Positions 34,781-49,700 of a DNA stretch of 64,000 nt are shown in pieces. How positions within the stretch are numbered: the first letter of the stretch is position 1; each line of letters begins with the position of its first letter. The DNA comes from Squalus acanthias. Lineage: Eukaryota. The DNA is taken from assembly GCA_030390025.1 (NCBI GenBank), contig JASTWF010000288.1, positions 372,001 to 436,000 on the forward strand. The letters run 5' to 3'. Under the pieces are notes generated by a model. It was given only the letters and a program-made list of their open reading frames with translations, was not told where the DNA came from and made no database searches. The position numbers and the translations under genes are program-made.

Positions 34781-37700
34781 CTGTACACTTTCTCTGCGCT
34801 GGTTCCCGGCCCCATCTGCATTGTCTCTGTACTTGTTCTCAGTCCCCTGCACACTGTCTCTGCACTGGTTCCCAGCCCCTGTGCACTATTTCCCAGCCCC
34901 CTGTACACTGTCTCTGCGCTGTTACCCAACCCCTGTGCACTGTCTCTGTACTGGTTCACAGCCCCCTGTGCACTGTCTCTTCACTGGATCCCAGCCCTCT
35001 GTGCACACTGTCTCTGTACTGGTTCCCAGCCCCCTGTGCACTGTCTCTGGACTGGTTCCAGGCCCCCTGTGCACTGTCTCTGTACTGGATCCCTATCTCT
35101 GTGCACTGTCTCTGTACTGGTTCCCAGCCCCCTGTGCACTGTCTCTGTACTTGTTCCCAGCCACCTGTGCACTGTCTCTGTACTGGATCCCAGCCCCCTG
35201 TGCACTGTCTCTTCACTGGATCCCTATCTCTGAGCATTGTCTCTGTCCTGGTTCCCAGCCCTCTTCACAAGTTTCTGCACTAGTTCCAGGCCCACTGCGC
35301 ACTGTCTCTGTACTGGTTCCATGCCCCCTACACACTGTCTCTGTACTGGTTCCAGGCCCCCTGTGCACACTGTCGCTGTACTGGTTCCAGGCCCCCTGCA
35401 CACTGTCTCTGTACTGGTTCCAGGCCCCCTGTGCACACTGTCTCTGCACTGGTTCCAGGCCACCTGTGCACTCTGTCTCTGCACTGGTTCCCAGCCCCCT
35501 GTGCACTGTCTCTGTACTGGTTCCAGGCCCCCTGCACACTGTCTCTGTACTGGTTCCAGGCCCCCTACACACTGTCTCTGCACTGGTTCCAGGCCCCCTA
35601 CACACTGTCTCTGCACTGGTTCCAGGCCCCCTGTGCACCCTGTCTCTTTACTGGTTCCAGGCCCCCTGCACACTGTCTCTGTACTGGTTCCAGGCCCCCT
35701 GCACACTGGCCCTGTACTGGTTCCAGGCCCCCTGCACACTGTCTCTGTACTGGTTCCCGGCCCCCTGCGCACTGTCTCTGCACTGGTTCCAGGCCCCCTG
35801 CACACTGTCCCTGTACTGGTTCCAGGCCCCCTGTACAGTGTCTCTGTACTGGTTCCAGGCCCCCTACACACTGTCTTTGTACTGATTCCAGGCCCCCTAC
35901 ACACTGTCAATGTACTGGTTCCAGGCCCCTGCACACTGTCTCTGTACTGGTTCCAGGCCCCCTGAACACTGTCTCTGTACTGGTTCCAGGCCCCCTGCAC
36001 ACTGTCTCTGTACTGGTTCCAGGCCCCCTGTGCACACTGTCTCTGTACTGGTTCCAGGCCCCCTACACACTGTCTCTGTACTGGTTCCAGGCCCCCTGCA
36101 CACTGTCTCTGCACTGGTTCCAGGCCCCCTACACACTGTCTCTGTACTGGTTCCAGGCCCCCTGCACACTGTCTCTGTACTGGTTCCAGGCCCCCTGCAC
36201 ACTGTCTCTGCACTGGTTCCAGGCCCCCTGCACACTGTCTCTGTACTGGTTCCAGGCCCCCTGCACACTGTCTCTGTACTGGTTCCAGGCCCCCTGCACA
36301 CTGTCTCTGTACTGGTTCCAGGCCCCCTACACACTGCCTCTGTACTGGTTCCAGGCCCCCTGCACACTGTCTCTGTACTGGTTCCAGGCCCCCTGCACAC
36401 TGTCTCTGTACTGGTTCCAGGCCCCCTGCACACTGTCTCTGTACTGGTTCCAGGCCCCCTGCACACTGTCTCTGTACTGGTTCCAGGCCCCCTGCACACT
36501 GTCTCTGCACTGGTTCCAGGCCCCCTGCACACTGTCTCTGTACTGGTTCCAGGCCCCCTGCACACTGTCTCTGTACTGGTTCCAGGCCCCCTACACACTG
36601 TCTCTGTACTGGTTCCAGGCCCCCTGCACACTGTCTCTGCACTGGTTCCAGCCCCCTGCACACTGTCTCTGTACTGGTTCCAGGCCCCCTGCACACTGTC
36701 TCTGTACTGGTTCCAGGCCCCCTGCACACTGTCTCTGTACTGGTTCCAGGCCCCCTGCACACTGTCTCTGTACTGGTTCCAGGCCCCCTGCACACTGTCT
36801 CTGTACTGGTTCCAGGCCCCCTGTGCACACTGTCTCTGTACTGGTTCCAGGCCCCCTGCACACTGTCTCTGTACTGGTTCCAGGCCCCCTGCACACTGTC
36901 TCTGTACTGGTTCCAGGCCCCCTGCACACTGTCTCTGTACTGGTTCCAGGCCCCCTGCAGCACTGTCTCTGTACTGGTTCCAGGCCCCCTGCACACTGTC
37001 TCTGTACTGGTTCCAGGCCCCCTAGCACACTGTCTCTGTACTGGTTCCAGGCCCCCTACACACTGTCTCTGCACTAGTTCCAGGCCCACTGCGCACTGTC
37101 TCTGTACTGGTTCCATGCCCCCTACACACTGTCTCTGTACTGGTTCCAGGCCCCCTGTGCACACTGTCGCTGTACTGGTTCCAGGTCCCCTGCACACTGT
37201 CTCTGTACTGGTTCCAGGCCCCCTGTGCACACTGTCTCTGCACTGGTTCCAGGCCACCTGTGCACTCTGTCTCTGCACTGGTTCCCAGCCCCCTGTGCAC
37301 TGTCTCTGTGCTGGTTCCAGGCCCCCTGCACACTGTCTCTGTACTGGTTCCAGGTCCCCTACACACTGTCTCTGCACTGGTTCCAGGCCCCCTACACACT
37401 GTCTCTGCACTGGTTCCAGGTCCCCTGTGCACCCTGTCTCTTTACTGGTTCCAGGCCCTCTGCACACTGTCTCTGTACTGGTTCCAGGCCCCCTGCACAC
37501 TGGCCCTGTACTGGTTCCAGGCCCCCTGCACACTGTCTCTGTACTGGTTCCCGGCCCCCTGCGCACTGTCTCTGCACTGGTTCCAGGCCCCCTGCACACT
37601 GTCCCTGTACTGGTTCCAGGCCCCCTGTACAGTGTCTCTGTACTGGTTCCAGGCCCCCTACAAACTGTCTTTGTACTGGTTCCAGGCCCCCTACACACTG

Positions 37701-40700
37701 TCAATGTACTGGTTCCAGGACCCCTGCACACTGTCTCTGTACTGGTTCCAGGCCCCCTGAACACTGTCTCTGTACTGGTTCCAGGCCCCCTGTGCACACT
37801 GTCTCTGTACTGGTTCCAGGCCCCCTACACACCATCTCTGTACTGGTTCCAGGCCCCCTGTACACTGTCTCTGCACTGGTTCCAGGCCCCCTACACACTG
37901 TCTCTGTACTGGTTCCAGGCCCCCTGCACACTGTCTCTGTACTTGTTCCAGGCCCCCTGCACACTGGACCTGTACTGGTTCCAGGCTCCCTGCACACTCT
38001 CTCTGTACTGGTTCCAGGCCCCCTACACACTGCCTCTGTACTGGTTCCAGGCCCCCTGCACACTGTCTCTGTACTGGTTCCAGGGCCCCTACACACTGCC
38101 TCTGTACTGGTTCCAGGCTCCCTGCACACTGTCTCTGTACTGGTTCCAGGCCCCCTGCACACTGTCTCTGTACTGGTTCCCGGCCCCCTGTGCACTGTCT
38201 CTTCACTGGATCCCGATCTCAGATCATTGTCTCTGTCCTGGTTCCCAGCCCTCTTCACAAGTTTCTGCACTAGTTCCAGGCCCACTGCGCACTGTCTCTG
38301 TACTGGTTCCATGCCCCCTACACACTGTCTCTGTACTGGTTCCAGGCCCCCTGTGCACACTGTCGCTGTACTGGTTCCAGGCCCCCTGCACACTGTCTCT
38401 GTACTGGTTCCAGGCCCCCTGTGCACACTGTCTCTGCACTGGTTCCAGGCCACCTGTGCACTCTGTCTCTGCACTGGTTCCCAGCCCCCTGTGCACTGTC
38501 TCTGTGCTGGTTCCAGGCCCCCTGCACACTGTCTCTGTACTGGTTCCAGGCCCCCTACACACTGTCTCTGCACTGGTTCCAGGCCCCCTACACACTGTCT
38601 CTGCACTGGTTCCAGGCCCCCTGTGCACCCTGTCTCTTTACTGGTTCCAGGCCCCCTGCACACTGTCTCTGTACTGGTTCCAGGCCCCCTGCACACTGGC
38701 CCTGTACTGGTTCCAGGCCCCCTGCACACTGTCTCTGTACTGGTTCCCGGCCCCCTGCGCACTGTCTCTGCACTGGTTCCAGGCCCCCTGCACACTGTCC
38801 CTGTACTGGTTCCAGGCCCCCTATACAGTGTCTCTGTACTGGTTCCAGGCCCCCTACACACTGTCTTTGTACTGGTTCCAGGCCCCCTACACACTGTCAA
38901 TGTACTGGTTCCAGGACCCCTGCACACTGTCTCTGTACTGGTTCCAGGCCCCCTGAACACTGTCTCTGCACTGGTTCCAGGCCCCCTGCACACTGTCTCT
39001 GTACTGGTTCCAGGCCCCCTGTGCACACTGTCTCTGTACTGGTTCCAGGCCCCCTACACACCATCTCTGTACTGGTTCCAGGCCCCCTGTACACTGTCTC
39101 TGCACTGGTTCCAGGCCCCCTACACACTGTCTCTGTACTGGTTCCAGGCCCCCTGCACACTGTCTCTGTACTGGTTCCAGGCCCCCTGCACACTGGACCT
39201 GTACTGGTTCCAGGCCCCCTACACACTGTCTCTGCACTGGTTCCAGGCCCCCTGTGCACCCTGTCTCTTGACTGGTTCCAGGCCCCCTGCACACTGTCTC
39301 TGTACTGGTTCCAGGCCCCCTGCACACTGGCCCTGTACTGGTTCCAGGCCCCCTGCACACTGTCTCTGTACTGGTTCCCGGCCCCCTGCGCACTGTCTCT
39401 GCACTGGTTCCAGGCCCCCTGCACACTGTCCCTGTACTGGTTCCAGGCCCCCTATACAGTGTCTCTGTACTGGTTCCAGGCCCCCTACACACTGTCTCTG
39501 TACTGGTTCCAGGCCCCCTACACACTGTCACTGTACTGGTTCCAGGCCCCCTGCACACTGTCTCTGTACTGGTTCCAGGCCCCCTGAACACTGTCTCTGT
39601 ACTGGTTCCAGGCCCCCTGCACACTGTCTCTGTACTGGTTCCAGGCCCCCTGTGCACACTGTCTCTGTACTGGTTCCAGGCCCCCTACACACCATCTCTG
39701 TACTGGTTCCAGGCCCCCTGTACACTGTCTCTGCACTGGTTCCAGGCCCCCTACACACTGTCTCTGTACTGGTTCCAGGCCCCCTGCACACTGTCTCTGT
39801 ACTTGTTCCAGGCCCCCTGCACACTGGACCTGTACTGGTTCCAGGCTCCCTGCACACTCTCTCTGTACTGGTTCCAGGCCCCCTACACACTGCCTCTGTA
39901 CTGGTTCCAAGCCCCCTGCACACTGTCTCTATACTGGTTCCAGGCCCCCTACACACTGCCTCTGTACTGGTTCCAGGCTCCCTGCACACTGTCTCTGTAC
40001 TGGTTCCAGGCCCCCTGCACACTGTCTCTGTACTGGTTCCAGGCCCCCTGCACACTATCTCTGCACTGTTTCCCAGCCCCCTGCACACTGCCTCTGTACT
40101 GGTTCCAGGCCCCCTGCACACTGTCTCTGCACTGGTTCCAGGCCCCCTGCACACTGTCTCTGCACTGGTTCCAGGCCCCCTACACACTGTCTCTGCACTG
40201 GTTCCAGGCCCCCTGCACACTGTCTCTGTACTGGTTCCAGGCCCCCTACACACTGTCTCTGTACTGGTTCCAGGCCCCCTGCACACTGTCTCTGTACTGG
40301 TTCCAGGCCCCCTGCACACTGTCTCTGTACTGGTTCCAGGCCCCCTGCACACTGTCTCTGTACTGGTTCCAGGCCCCCTGCACACTGTCTCTGTACTGGT
40401 TCCAGGCCCCCTGCACACTGTCTCTGCACTGGTTCCAGGCCCCCTGCACACTGTCTCTGCACTGGTTCCAGGCCCCCTGTGCACACTGTCTCTGTACTGG
40501 TTCCAGGCCCCCTGCACACTGTCTCTGTACTGGTTCCAGGCCCCCTGCACACTGTCTCTGTACTGGTTCCAGGCCCCCTGCACACTGTCTCTGTACTGGT
40601 TCCAGGCCCCCTGTGCACACTGTCTCTGTACTGGTTCCCGGCCTCCTGTGCACACTGTCTCTGTACTGGTTCCAGGCCCCCTGCACACTGTCTCCGTACT

Positions 40701-43700
40701 GGTTCCAGGCCCCCTACACACTGTCTCTGTACTGGTTCCAGGCCACCTACACAATGTCTCTGTACTGGTTCCAGGCCCCCTGCACACTGTCTCTGTACTG
40801 GTTCCAGGCTCCCTACACACTGTCTCTGTACTGGTTCCAGGCCCCCTAAGCACTGTCTCTGTATTGATTCCAGGCCCCCTACACACTGTCTCTGCACTGG
40901 TTCCAGGCCCCCTGTGCACACTGTCTCTGCACTGGTTCCAGGCCCCCTGCACACTGTCTCTGTACTGGTTCCAGGCCCCCTGCACACTGTCTCTGCACTG
41001 TTTCCCAGCCCCCTACACACTGTCTCTGCACTGGTTCAAGGCCCCCTGTGCACTCATGTCTCTGTACTGTTTCCCAGCCCCCTGTGCACACTGTCTCTGC
41101 ACTGGTTCGAGGCCCCCTACACACTGTCTCTGCACTGTTTCCAGGCCCCCTGCACACTGTCTCTGTCCTGGTTCCAGACCACCTACATACTGTCTCTGCA
41201 CTGGTTCCAGGCCCCCTGTGCACTGTCTCTGTACTGGTTCCAGGCCCCCTGCACACTGTCTCTGTACTGGTTCCAGGCCCCCTGCACACTGTCTCTGTAG
41301 TGGTTCCATGCCCCCTACACACTGTCTCTGTACTGGTTCCAGGCCCCCTGTGCACACTGTCGCTGTACTGGTTCCAGGCCCCCTGCACACTGTCTCTGTA
41401 CTGGTTCCAGGCCCCCTGTGCACACTGTCTCTGCACTGGTTCCAGGCCACCTGTGCACTCTGTCTCTGCACTGGTTCCCAGCCCCCTGTGCACTGTCTCT
41501 GTGCTGGTTCCAAGCCCCCTGCACACTGTCTCTGTACTGGTTCCAGGCCCCCTACACACTGTCTCTGCACTGGTTCCAGGCCCCCTACACACTGTCTCTG
41601 CACTGGTTCCAGGCCCCCTGTGCACCCTGTCTCTTTACTGGTTCCAGGCCCCCTGCACACTGTCTCTGTACTGGTTCCAGGCCCCCTGCACACTGGCCCT
41701 GTACTAGTTCCAGGCCCCCTGCACACTGTCTCTGTACTGGTTCCCAGCCCCCTGCGCACTGTCTCTGCACTGGTTCCAGGCCCCCTGCACACTGTCCCTG
41801 TACTGGTTCCAGGCCCCCTATACAGTGTCTCTGTACCGGTTCCAGGCCCCCTACACACTGTCTTTGTACTGGTTCCAGGCCCCCTACACACTGTCAATGT
41901 ACTGGTTCCAGGACCCCTGCACACTGTCTCTGTACTGGTTCCAGGCCCCCTGAACACTGTCTCTGCACTGGTTCCAGGCCCCCTGCACACTGTCTCTGTA
42001 CTGGTTCCAGGCCCCCTGTGCACACTGTCTCTGTACTGGTTCCAGGCCCCCTACACACCATCTCTGTACTGGTTCCAGGCCCCCTGCACACTGTCTCTGT
42101 ACTGGTTCCAGGCCCCCTGCACACTGTCTCTGTACTGGTTCCATGCCCCTTACACACTGTCTCTGTACTGGTTCCAGGCCCCCTACACACTGTCTCTGCA
42201 CTGGTTCCAGGCCCACTGTGCACCCTGTCTCTTTACTGGTTCCAGGCCCCCTGCACACTGTCTCTGTACTGGTTCCAGGCCCCCTGCACACTGGCCCTGT
42301 ACTGGTTCCAGGCCCCCTGCACACTGTCTCTGTGCTGGTTCCCGGCCCCCTGCGCACTGTCTCTGCACTGGTTCCAGGCCCCCTGCACACTGTCCCTGTA
42401 CTGGTTCCAGGCCCCCTATACAGTGTCTCTGTACTGGTTCCAGGCCCCCTACACACTGTCTCTGCACTGGTTCCAGGCCCCCTGCACACTGTCCCTGTAC
42501 TGGTTCCAAGCCCCCTATACAGTGTCTCTGTACTGGTTCCAGGCCCCCTACACACTGTCTTTGTTCTGGTTCCAGGCCCCCTACACACTGTCAATGTACT
42601 GGTTCCAGGACCCCTGCACACTGTCTCTGTACTGGTTCCAGGCCCCCTGAACACTGTCTCTGTACTGGTTCCAGGCCCCCTGCACACTGTCTCTGTACTG
42701 GTTCCAGGCCCCCTGTGCACACTGTCTCTGTACTGGTTCCAGGCCCCCTACACACCATCTCTGTACTGGTTCCAGGCCCCCTGTACACTGTCTCTGCACT
42801 GGTTCCAGGCCCCCTACACACTGTCTCTGTACTGGTTCCAGGCCCCCTGCACACTGTCTCTGTACTTGTTCCAGGCCCCCTGCACACTGGACCTGTACTG
42901 GTTCCAGGCTCCCTGCACACTCTCTCTGCACTGGTTCCAGGCCCCCTACACACTGCCTCTGTACTGGTTCCAGGCCCCCTACACACTGTCTCTGCACTGG
43001 TTCCAGGCCCCCTACACACTGTCTCTGCACTGGTTCCAGGCCCCCTGTGCACCCTGTCTCTTTACTGGTTCCAGGCCCCCTGCACACTGTCTCTGTACTG
43101 GTTCCAGGCCCCCTGCACACTGGCCCTGTACTGGTTCCAGGCCCCCTGCACACTGTCTCTGTACTGGTTCCCGGCCCCCTGCGCACTGTCTCTGCACTGG
43201 TTCCAGGCCCCCTGCACACTGTCCCTGTACTGGTTCCAGGCCCCCTATACAGTGTCTCTGTACTGGTTCCAGGCCCCCTACACACTGTCTTTGTACTGGT
43301 TCCAGGCCCCCTACACACTGTCAATGTACTGGTTCCAGGACCCCTGCACACTGTCTCTGTACTGGTTCCAGGCCCCCTGAACACTGTCTCTGCACTGGTT
43401 CCAGGCCCCCTGCACACTGTCTCTGTACTGGTTCCAGGCCCCCTGTGCACACTGTCTCTGTACTGGTTCCAGGCCCCCTACACACCATCTCTGTACTGGT
43501 TCCAGGCCCCCTGTACACTGTCTCTGCACTGGTTCCAGGCCCCCTACACACTGTCTCTGTACTGGTTCCAGGCCCCCTGCACACTGTCTCTGTACTTGTT
43601 CCAGGCCCCCTGCACACTGGACCTGTACTGGTTCCAGGCCCCCTACACACTGTCTCTGCACTGGTTCCAGGCCCCCTGTGCACCCTGTCTCTTTACTGGT

Positions 43701-46700
43701 TCCAGGCCCCCTGCACACTGTCTCTGTACTGGTTCCAGGCCCCCTGCACACTGGCCCTGTACTGGTTCCAGGCCCCCTGCACACTGTCTCTGTACTGGTT
43801 CCCGGCCCCCTGCGCACTGTCTCTGCACTGGTTCCAGGCCCCCTGCACACTGTCCCTGTACTGGTTCCAGGCCCCCTATACAGTGTCTCTGTACTGGTTC
43901 CAGGCCCCCTACACACTGTCTCTGCACTGGTTCCAGGCCCCCTGCACACTGTCCCTGTACTGGTTCCAGGCCCCCTATACAGTGTCTCTGTACTGGTTCC
44001 AGGCCCCCTACACACTGTCTTTGTTCTGGTTCCAGGCCCCCTACACACTGTCAATGTACTGGTTCCAGGACCCCTGCACACTGTCTCTGTACTGGTTCCA
44101 GGCCTTCCAGGCCCCCTGCACACTGTCTCTGTACTGGTTCCAGGCCCCCTGCACACTGTCTCTGTACTGGTTCCAGGCCCCCTGCACACTGTCTCTGTAC
44201 TGGTTCCAGGCCCCCTGCACACTGTCTCTGTACTGGTTCCAGGCCCCCTGCACACTGTCTCTGTACTGGTTCCAGGCCCCCTGCACACTGTCTCTGTACT
44301 GGTTCCAGGCCCCCTGCACACTGTCTCTGTACTGGTTCCAGGCCCCCTGCACACTGTCTCTGTACTGGTTCCAGGCCCCCTGCACACTGTCTCTGTACTG
44401 ATTCCAGGCCCCTGCACACTGTCTCTGTACTGGTTCCAGGCCCCCTGCACACTGTCTCTGTACTGGTTCCAGGCCCCCTGCACACTGTCTCTGCACTGGT
44501 TCCAGGCCCCCTGCACACTGTCTCTGTACTGGTTCCAGGCCCCCTGCACACTGTCTCTGTACTGGTTCCAGGCCCCCTGCACACTGTCTCTGCACTGGTT
44601 CCAGGCCCCCTACACACTGTCTCTGTACTGGTTCCAGGCCCCCTGCACACTGTCTCTGTACTGGTTCCAGGCCCCCTGCACACTGTCTCTGTACTGGTTC
44701 CAGGCCCCCTGTGCACACTGTCTCTGTACTGGTTCCAGGCCCCCTGCACACTGTCTCTGCACTGGTTCCAGGCCCCCTGCACACTGTCTCTGTACTGGTT
44801 CCAGGCCCCCTGCACACTGTCTCTGTACTGGTTCCAGGCCCCCTACACACTGTCTCTGTACTGGTTCCAGGCCCCCTGCACACTGTCTCTGTACTGGTTC
44901 CAGGCCCCCTGCACACTGTCTCTGTACTGGTTCCAGGCCCCCTACACACTGTCTCTGTACTGGTTCCAGCCCCCTACACACTGTCTCTGTACTGGTTCCA
45001 GGCCCCCTGTGCACACTGTCTCTGTACTGGTTCCAGGCCCCCTGCACACTGTCTCTGTACTGGTTCCAGGCCCCCTGCACACTGTCTCTGTACTGGTTCC
45101 AGGCCCCCTGCACACTGTCTCTGTACTGGTTCCAGGCCCCCTGCACACTGTCTCTGTACTGTTTCCAGCCCCCTACACACTGTCTCTGTACTGGTTCCAG
45201 GCCCCCTTCACACTGTCTCTGTACTGGTTCCAGGCCCCCTGTGCACACTGTCTCTGTACTGGTTCCAGGCCCCCTGCACACTGTCTCTGTACTGGTTCCA
45301 GGCCCCCTGCACACTGTCTCTGTACTGGTTCCAGGCCCCCTACACACTGTCTCTGTACTGGTTCCAGGCCCCCTACACACTGTCTCTGTACTGGTTCCAG
45401 GCCCCCTGACACACTGTCTCTGTACTGGTTCCAGGCCCCCTGCACACTGTCTCTGTACTGGTTCCAGGCCCCCTGCACACTGTCTCTGTACTGGTTCCAG
45501 GCCCCCTGCACACTGTCTCTGTACTGGTTCCAGGCCCCCTACACACTGTCTCTGTACTGGTTCCAGGCCCCCTGCACACTGTCTCTGTACTGGTTCCAGG
45601 CCCCCTACACACTGTCTCTGTACTGGTTCCAGGCCCCCTGTACACTGTCTCTGTACTGGTTCCAGGCCCCCTGCACACTGTCTCTGTACTGGTTCCAGGC
45701 CCCCTACACACTGTCTCTGTACTGGTTCCAGGCCCCCTGCACACTGTCTCTGTACTGGTTCCAGGCCCCCTACACACTGTCTCTGTACTGGTTCCAGGCC
45801 CCCTGTGCACACTGTCTCTGTACTGGTTCCAGGCCCCCTGCACACTGTCTCTGCACTGGTTCCAGGCCCCCTACACACTGTCTCTGTACTGGTTCCAGGC
45901 CCCCTGCACACTGTCTCTGTACTGGTTCCAGGCCCCCTGCACACTGTCTCTGTACTGGTTCCAGGCCCCCTGCACACTGTCTCTGTACTGGTTCCAGGCC
46001 CCCTGCACACTGTCTCTGCACTGGTTCCAGGCCCCCTGCACACTGTCTCTGTACTGGTTCCAGGCCCCTACACACTGTCTCTGTACTGGTTCCAGGCCCC
46101 CTGCACACTGTCTCTGTACTGGTTCCAGGCCCCCTGTGCACACTGTCCCTGTACTGGTTCCAGGCCCCCTGCGCACTGTCTCTGTACTGGTTCCAGGCCC
46201 CCTGCACACTGTCTCTGCACTGGTTCCAGGCCTCCTACACACTGTCTCTGCACTGGTTCCAGGCCCCCTGCACTCTGTCTCTGTACTGGTTCCAGGCCCC
46301 CTGCACACTGTCTCTGTACTGGTTCCAGGCTCCCTGTACACTGTCTCTGCACTGGTTCCAGGCCCCCTGTGCACACTGTCTCTGCACTGGTTCCAGGCCC
46401 CCTACACACTGTCTCTGCACTGGTTCCCAGCCCCCTGTGCACACTGTCTCTGCACTGGTTCCAGGCCTCCTGTGCACACTGTCTCTGCACTGGTTCCAGG
46501 CCCCCTGCACACTGTCTCTGCACTGGTTCCAGGCCCCCTGTGCACACTGTCTCTGCACTGGTTCCAGGCCTCCTGTGCACACTGTCTCTGCACTGGTTCC
46601 AGGCCCCCTGCACACTGTCTCTGTACTGGTTCCAGGCCCCCTGCACACTGTCTCTGTACTGGTTCCCAGCCCCCTGCCACACTGCCTCTGTACTGGTTCC

Positions 46701-49700
46701 ATGCCCCTTTGCACACTGTCTCTGTACTGGTTCCAGGCCCCTACACACCTGTCTCTGCACTGGTTCCAGGCCCACTGTCACACTGTCTCTGCACTGGTTC
46801 CCAGGCCCCCTGCACACTGTCTCTGTACTGGTTCCAGGCCCCTTGCACACTGTCTCTGTACTGGTTCCCAGGCCCCTTCACACTGTCTCCTGTACTGGTT
46901 CCAGGCCCCCTGCACACCTGTCTCCTGTACTGGTTCCAGGCCCCCTGCACACCTGTCTCTGTACTGGTTCCCAGGCCCCCTGTGCCACACGTGTCTCTGT
47001 ACTGGTTCCAGGCCCCCTGTCACACTGTCTCTGCACTGGTTCCAGGCCCCCCTGTACACTGTCTCTGTACTGGTTCCAAGGACCCCCTACACACTGTCTA
47101 TGTACTGGTCCAGGCCCCCTGACACACTGTCTTCTGTACTGGTTCCAGGCCCCTGCACACTGTCTCTGTACTGGTTCCAGGCCCCCCTGCACACTGTCTC
47201 TGTACTGGTTCCAGGCCCCCTGCACACTGTCTCTGTACTGGTTCCAGGCCCCCTGTGCACTGTCTCTGTACTGGTTCCAGGCCCCCTGTACACTGTCTCT
47301 GTACTGGTTCCAGGCCTCCTGTACACTGTCTCTGTACTGGTTCCAGGCCCCCTACACACTGTCTCTGTACTGGTTCCAGGCCCCCTGTACACTGTCTCTG
47401 CACTGGTTCCAGGCCCCTACACACTGTCTCTGTACTGGTTCCAGGCCCCCTGTGCACACTGTCTCTGTACTGGTTCCAGGCCCCCTACACACTGTCTCTG
47501 TACTGATTCCAGGCCCCCTGTGCACACTGTCTGTACTGGTTCCAGGCCTCCTACACACTGTCTCTGCACTGGTTCCAGGCCCTCTACACACTGTCTCTGC
47601 ACTGGTTCCAGGCCCCCTGTGCACTGTCTCTGTACTGGTTCCAGGCCCCCTACACACTGTCTCTGTACTGGTTCCAGGCCCCCTACACACTGTCTCTGTA
47701 CTGGTTCCAGGCCCCCTGGCACACTGTCTCTGTACTGGTTCCAGGCCCCCTGCACACTGTCTCTGTACTGGTTCCAGGCCCCCTGTACACTGTCTCTGCA
47801 CTGGTTCCAGGCCTCCTACACACTGTCTCTGCACTGGTTCCAGGCCCCCTGCACACTGTCTCTGTACTGGTTCCAGGCCCCCTACACACTGTCTCTGTAC
47901 TGGTTCCAGGCCCCCTGTACACTGTCTCTGCACTGGTTCCAGGCCCCCTGTGCACACTGTCTCTGCACTGGTTCCAGGCCCCCTGCACACTGTCTCTGCA
48001 CTGGTTCCAGGCCCCCTGTGCACACTGTCTCTGCACTGGTTCCCAGCCCCCTGCACACTGTCTCTGCACTGGTTCCAGGCCCCCTGCACACTGTCTCTGC
48101 ACTGGTTCCAGGCCTCCTGTGCACACTGTCTCTGCACTGGTTCCAGGCCCCCTGTGCACACTGTCTCTGCACTGGTTCCAGGCCCCCTGCACACTGTCTC
48201 TGCTACTGTTCCAGGCCCCCTACACACTGTCTCTGTACTGGTTCCAGGCCCCCTACACACTGTCTCTGCTCTGGTTCCAGGCCCCCTGCACACTGTCTCT
48301 GTACTGGTTCCAGGCCCCCTGCACACTGTCTCTGTACTGGTTCCAGGCCCCCTGCACACTGTCTCTGTACTGGTTCCAGCCCCCTGCACACTGTCTCTGT
48401 ACTGGTTCCAGGCCCCCTGTGCACACTGTCTCTGTACTGGTTCCAGGCCCCCTGTCACACTGTCTCTGCACTGGTTCCAGGCCCCCTGAGCACACTGTCT
48501 CTGTACTGGTTCCAGGCCCCCTGCACACTGTCTCTGCACTGGTTCCAGCCCCCTGCACACTGTCTCTGTACTGGTTCCAGGCCCCCTGCACACTGTCTCT
48601 GTACTGGTTCCAGGCCCCCTGCACACTGTCTCTGTACTGGTTCCATGCCCCCTTCACACTGTCTCTGTACTGGTTCCAGGCCCCCTGCACACTGTCTCTG
48701 TACTGGTTCCAGGTCCCCTGTGCACACTGTCTCTGTACTGGTTCCAGGCCCCCTACACACTGTCTCTGTACTGGTTCCAGGCCCCCTGTGCACTGTCTCT
48801 GCACTGGTTCCAGGCCCCCTGCACACTGTCTCTCTACTCGTTCCAGGCCCCCTACACACTGTCTCTGTACTGGTTCCAGGCCCCCTACACACTGTCTCTG
48901 CCTTGGTTCCAGGCCCGCTGTGCACACTGTCTCTGTACTGGTTCCAGGCCCCCTGCACACTGTCTCTGTACTGGTTCCAGGCCCCCTGTGCACACTGTCT
49001 CTGTACTGGTTCCCAGCCCCCTGTGCACACTGTCTCTGTACTGGTTCCAGGCCCCCTGTGCACACTGTCTCTGTACTGGTTCCAGGCCCCCTACACACTG
49101 TCTCTGCACTGGTTCCCAGCCCCCTGTGCACACTGTCTCTGTCTGGTTCCCAGCCCCCTGTGCACACTGTCTCTGCACTGTTTCCCAGCCCCCTGTGCAC
49201 ACTGTCTCTGCACTGGTTCCAGGCAGCCTGTACACTGTCTCTGTACTGGTTCCAGGCCCCCTGCGCACTGTCTCTGTACTGGTTCCAGGCCCCCTGTACG
49301 CTGTCTCTGTACTGGTTCCAGGCCCCCTGTGCACACTGTCTATGTACTGGTTCCAGGCCCCCTGTGCACACTGTCTCTGTACTGGTTCCAGGCCCCCTAC
49401 ACACTGTCTCTGTACTGGTTCCAGGCCCCCTGTGCACTGTCTCTGTACTGGTTCCAGGCCCCCTACACACTGTCTCTGTACTGGTTCCAGGCCCCCTACA
49501 CACTGTCTCTGTACTGGTTCCAGGCCCCCTGCACACTGTCTCTGCACTGGTTCCAGGCCCCCTACACACTGTCTCTGTACTGGTTCCAGGCCCCCTGTCA
49601 CACTGTCTCTGTACTGGTTCCAGGCCCCCTGTACACTGTCTCTGTACTGGTTCCAGGCCCCTGCACACTGTCTCTGTACTGGTTCCAGGCCCCCTGCACA

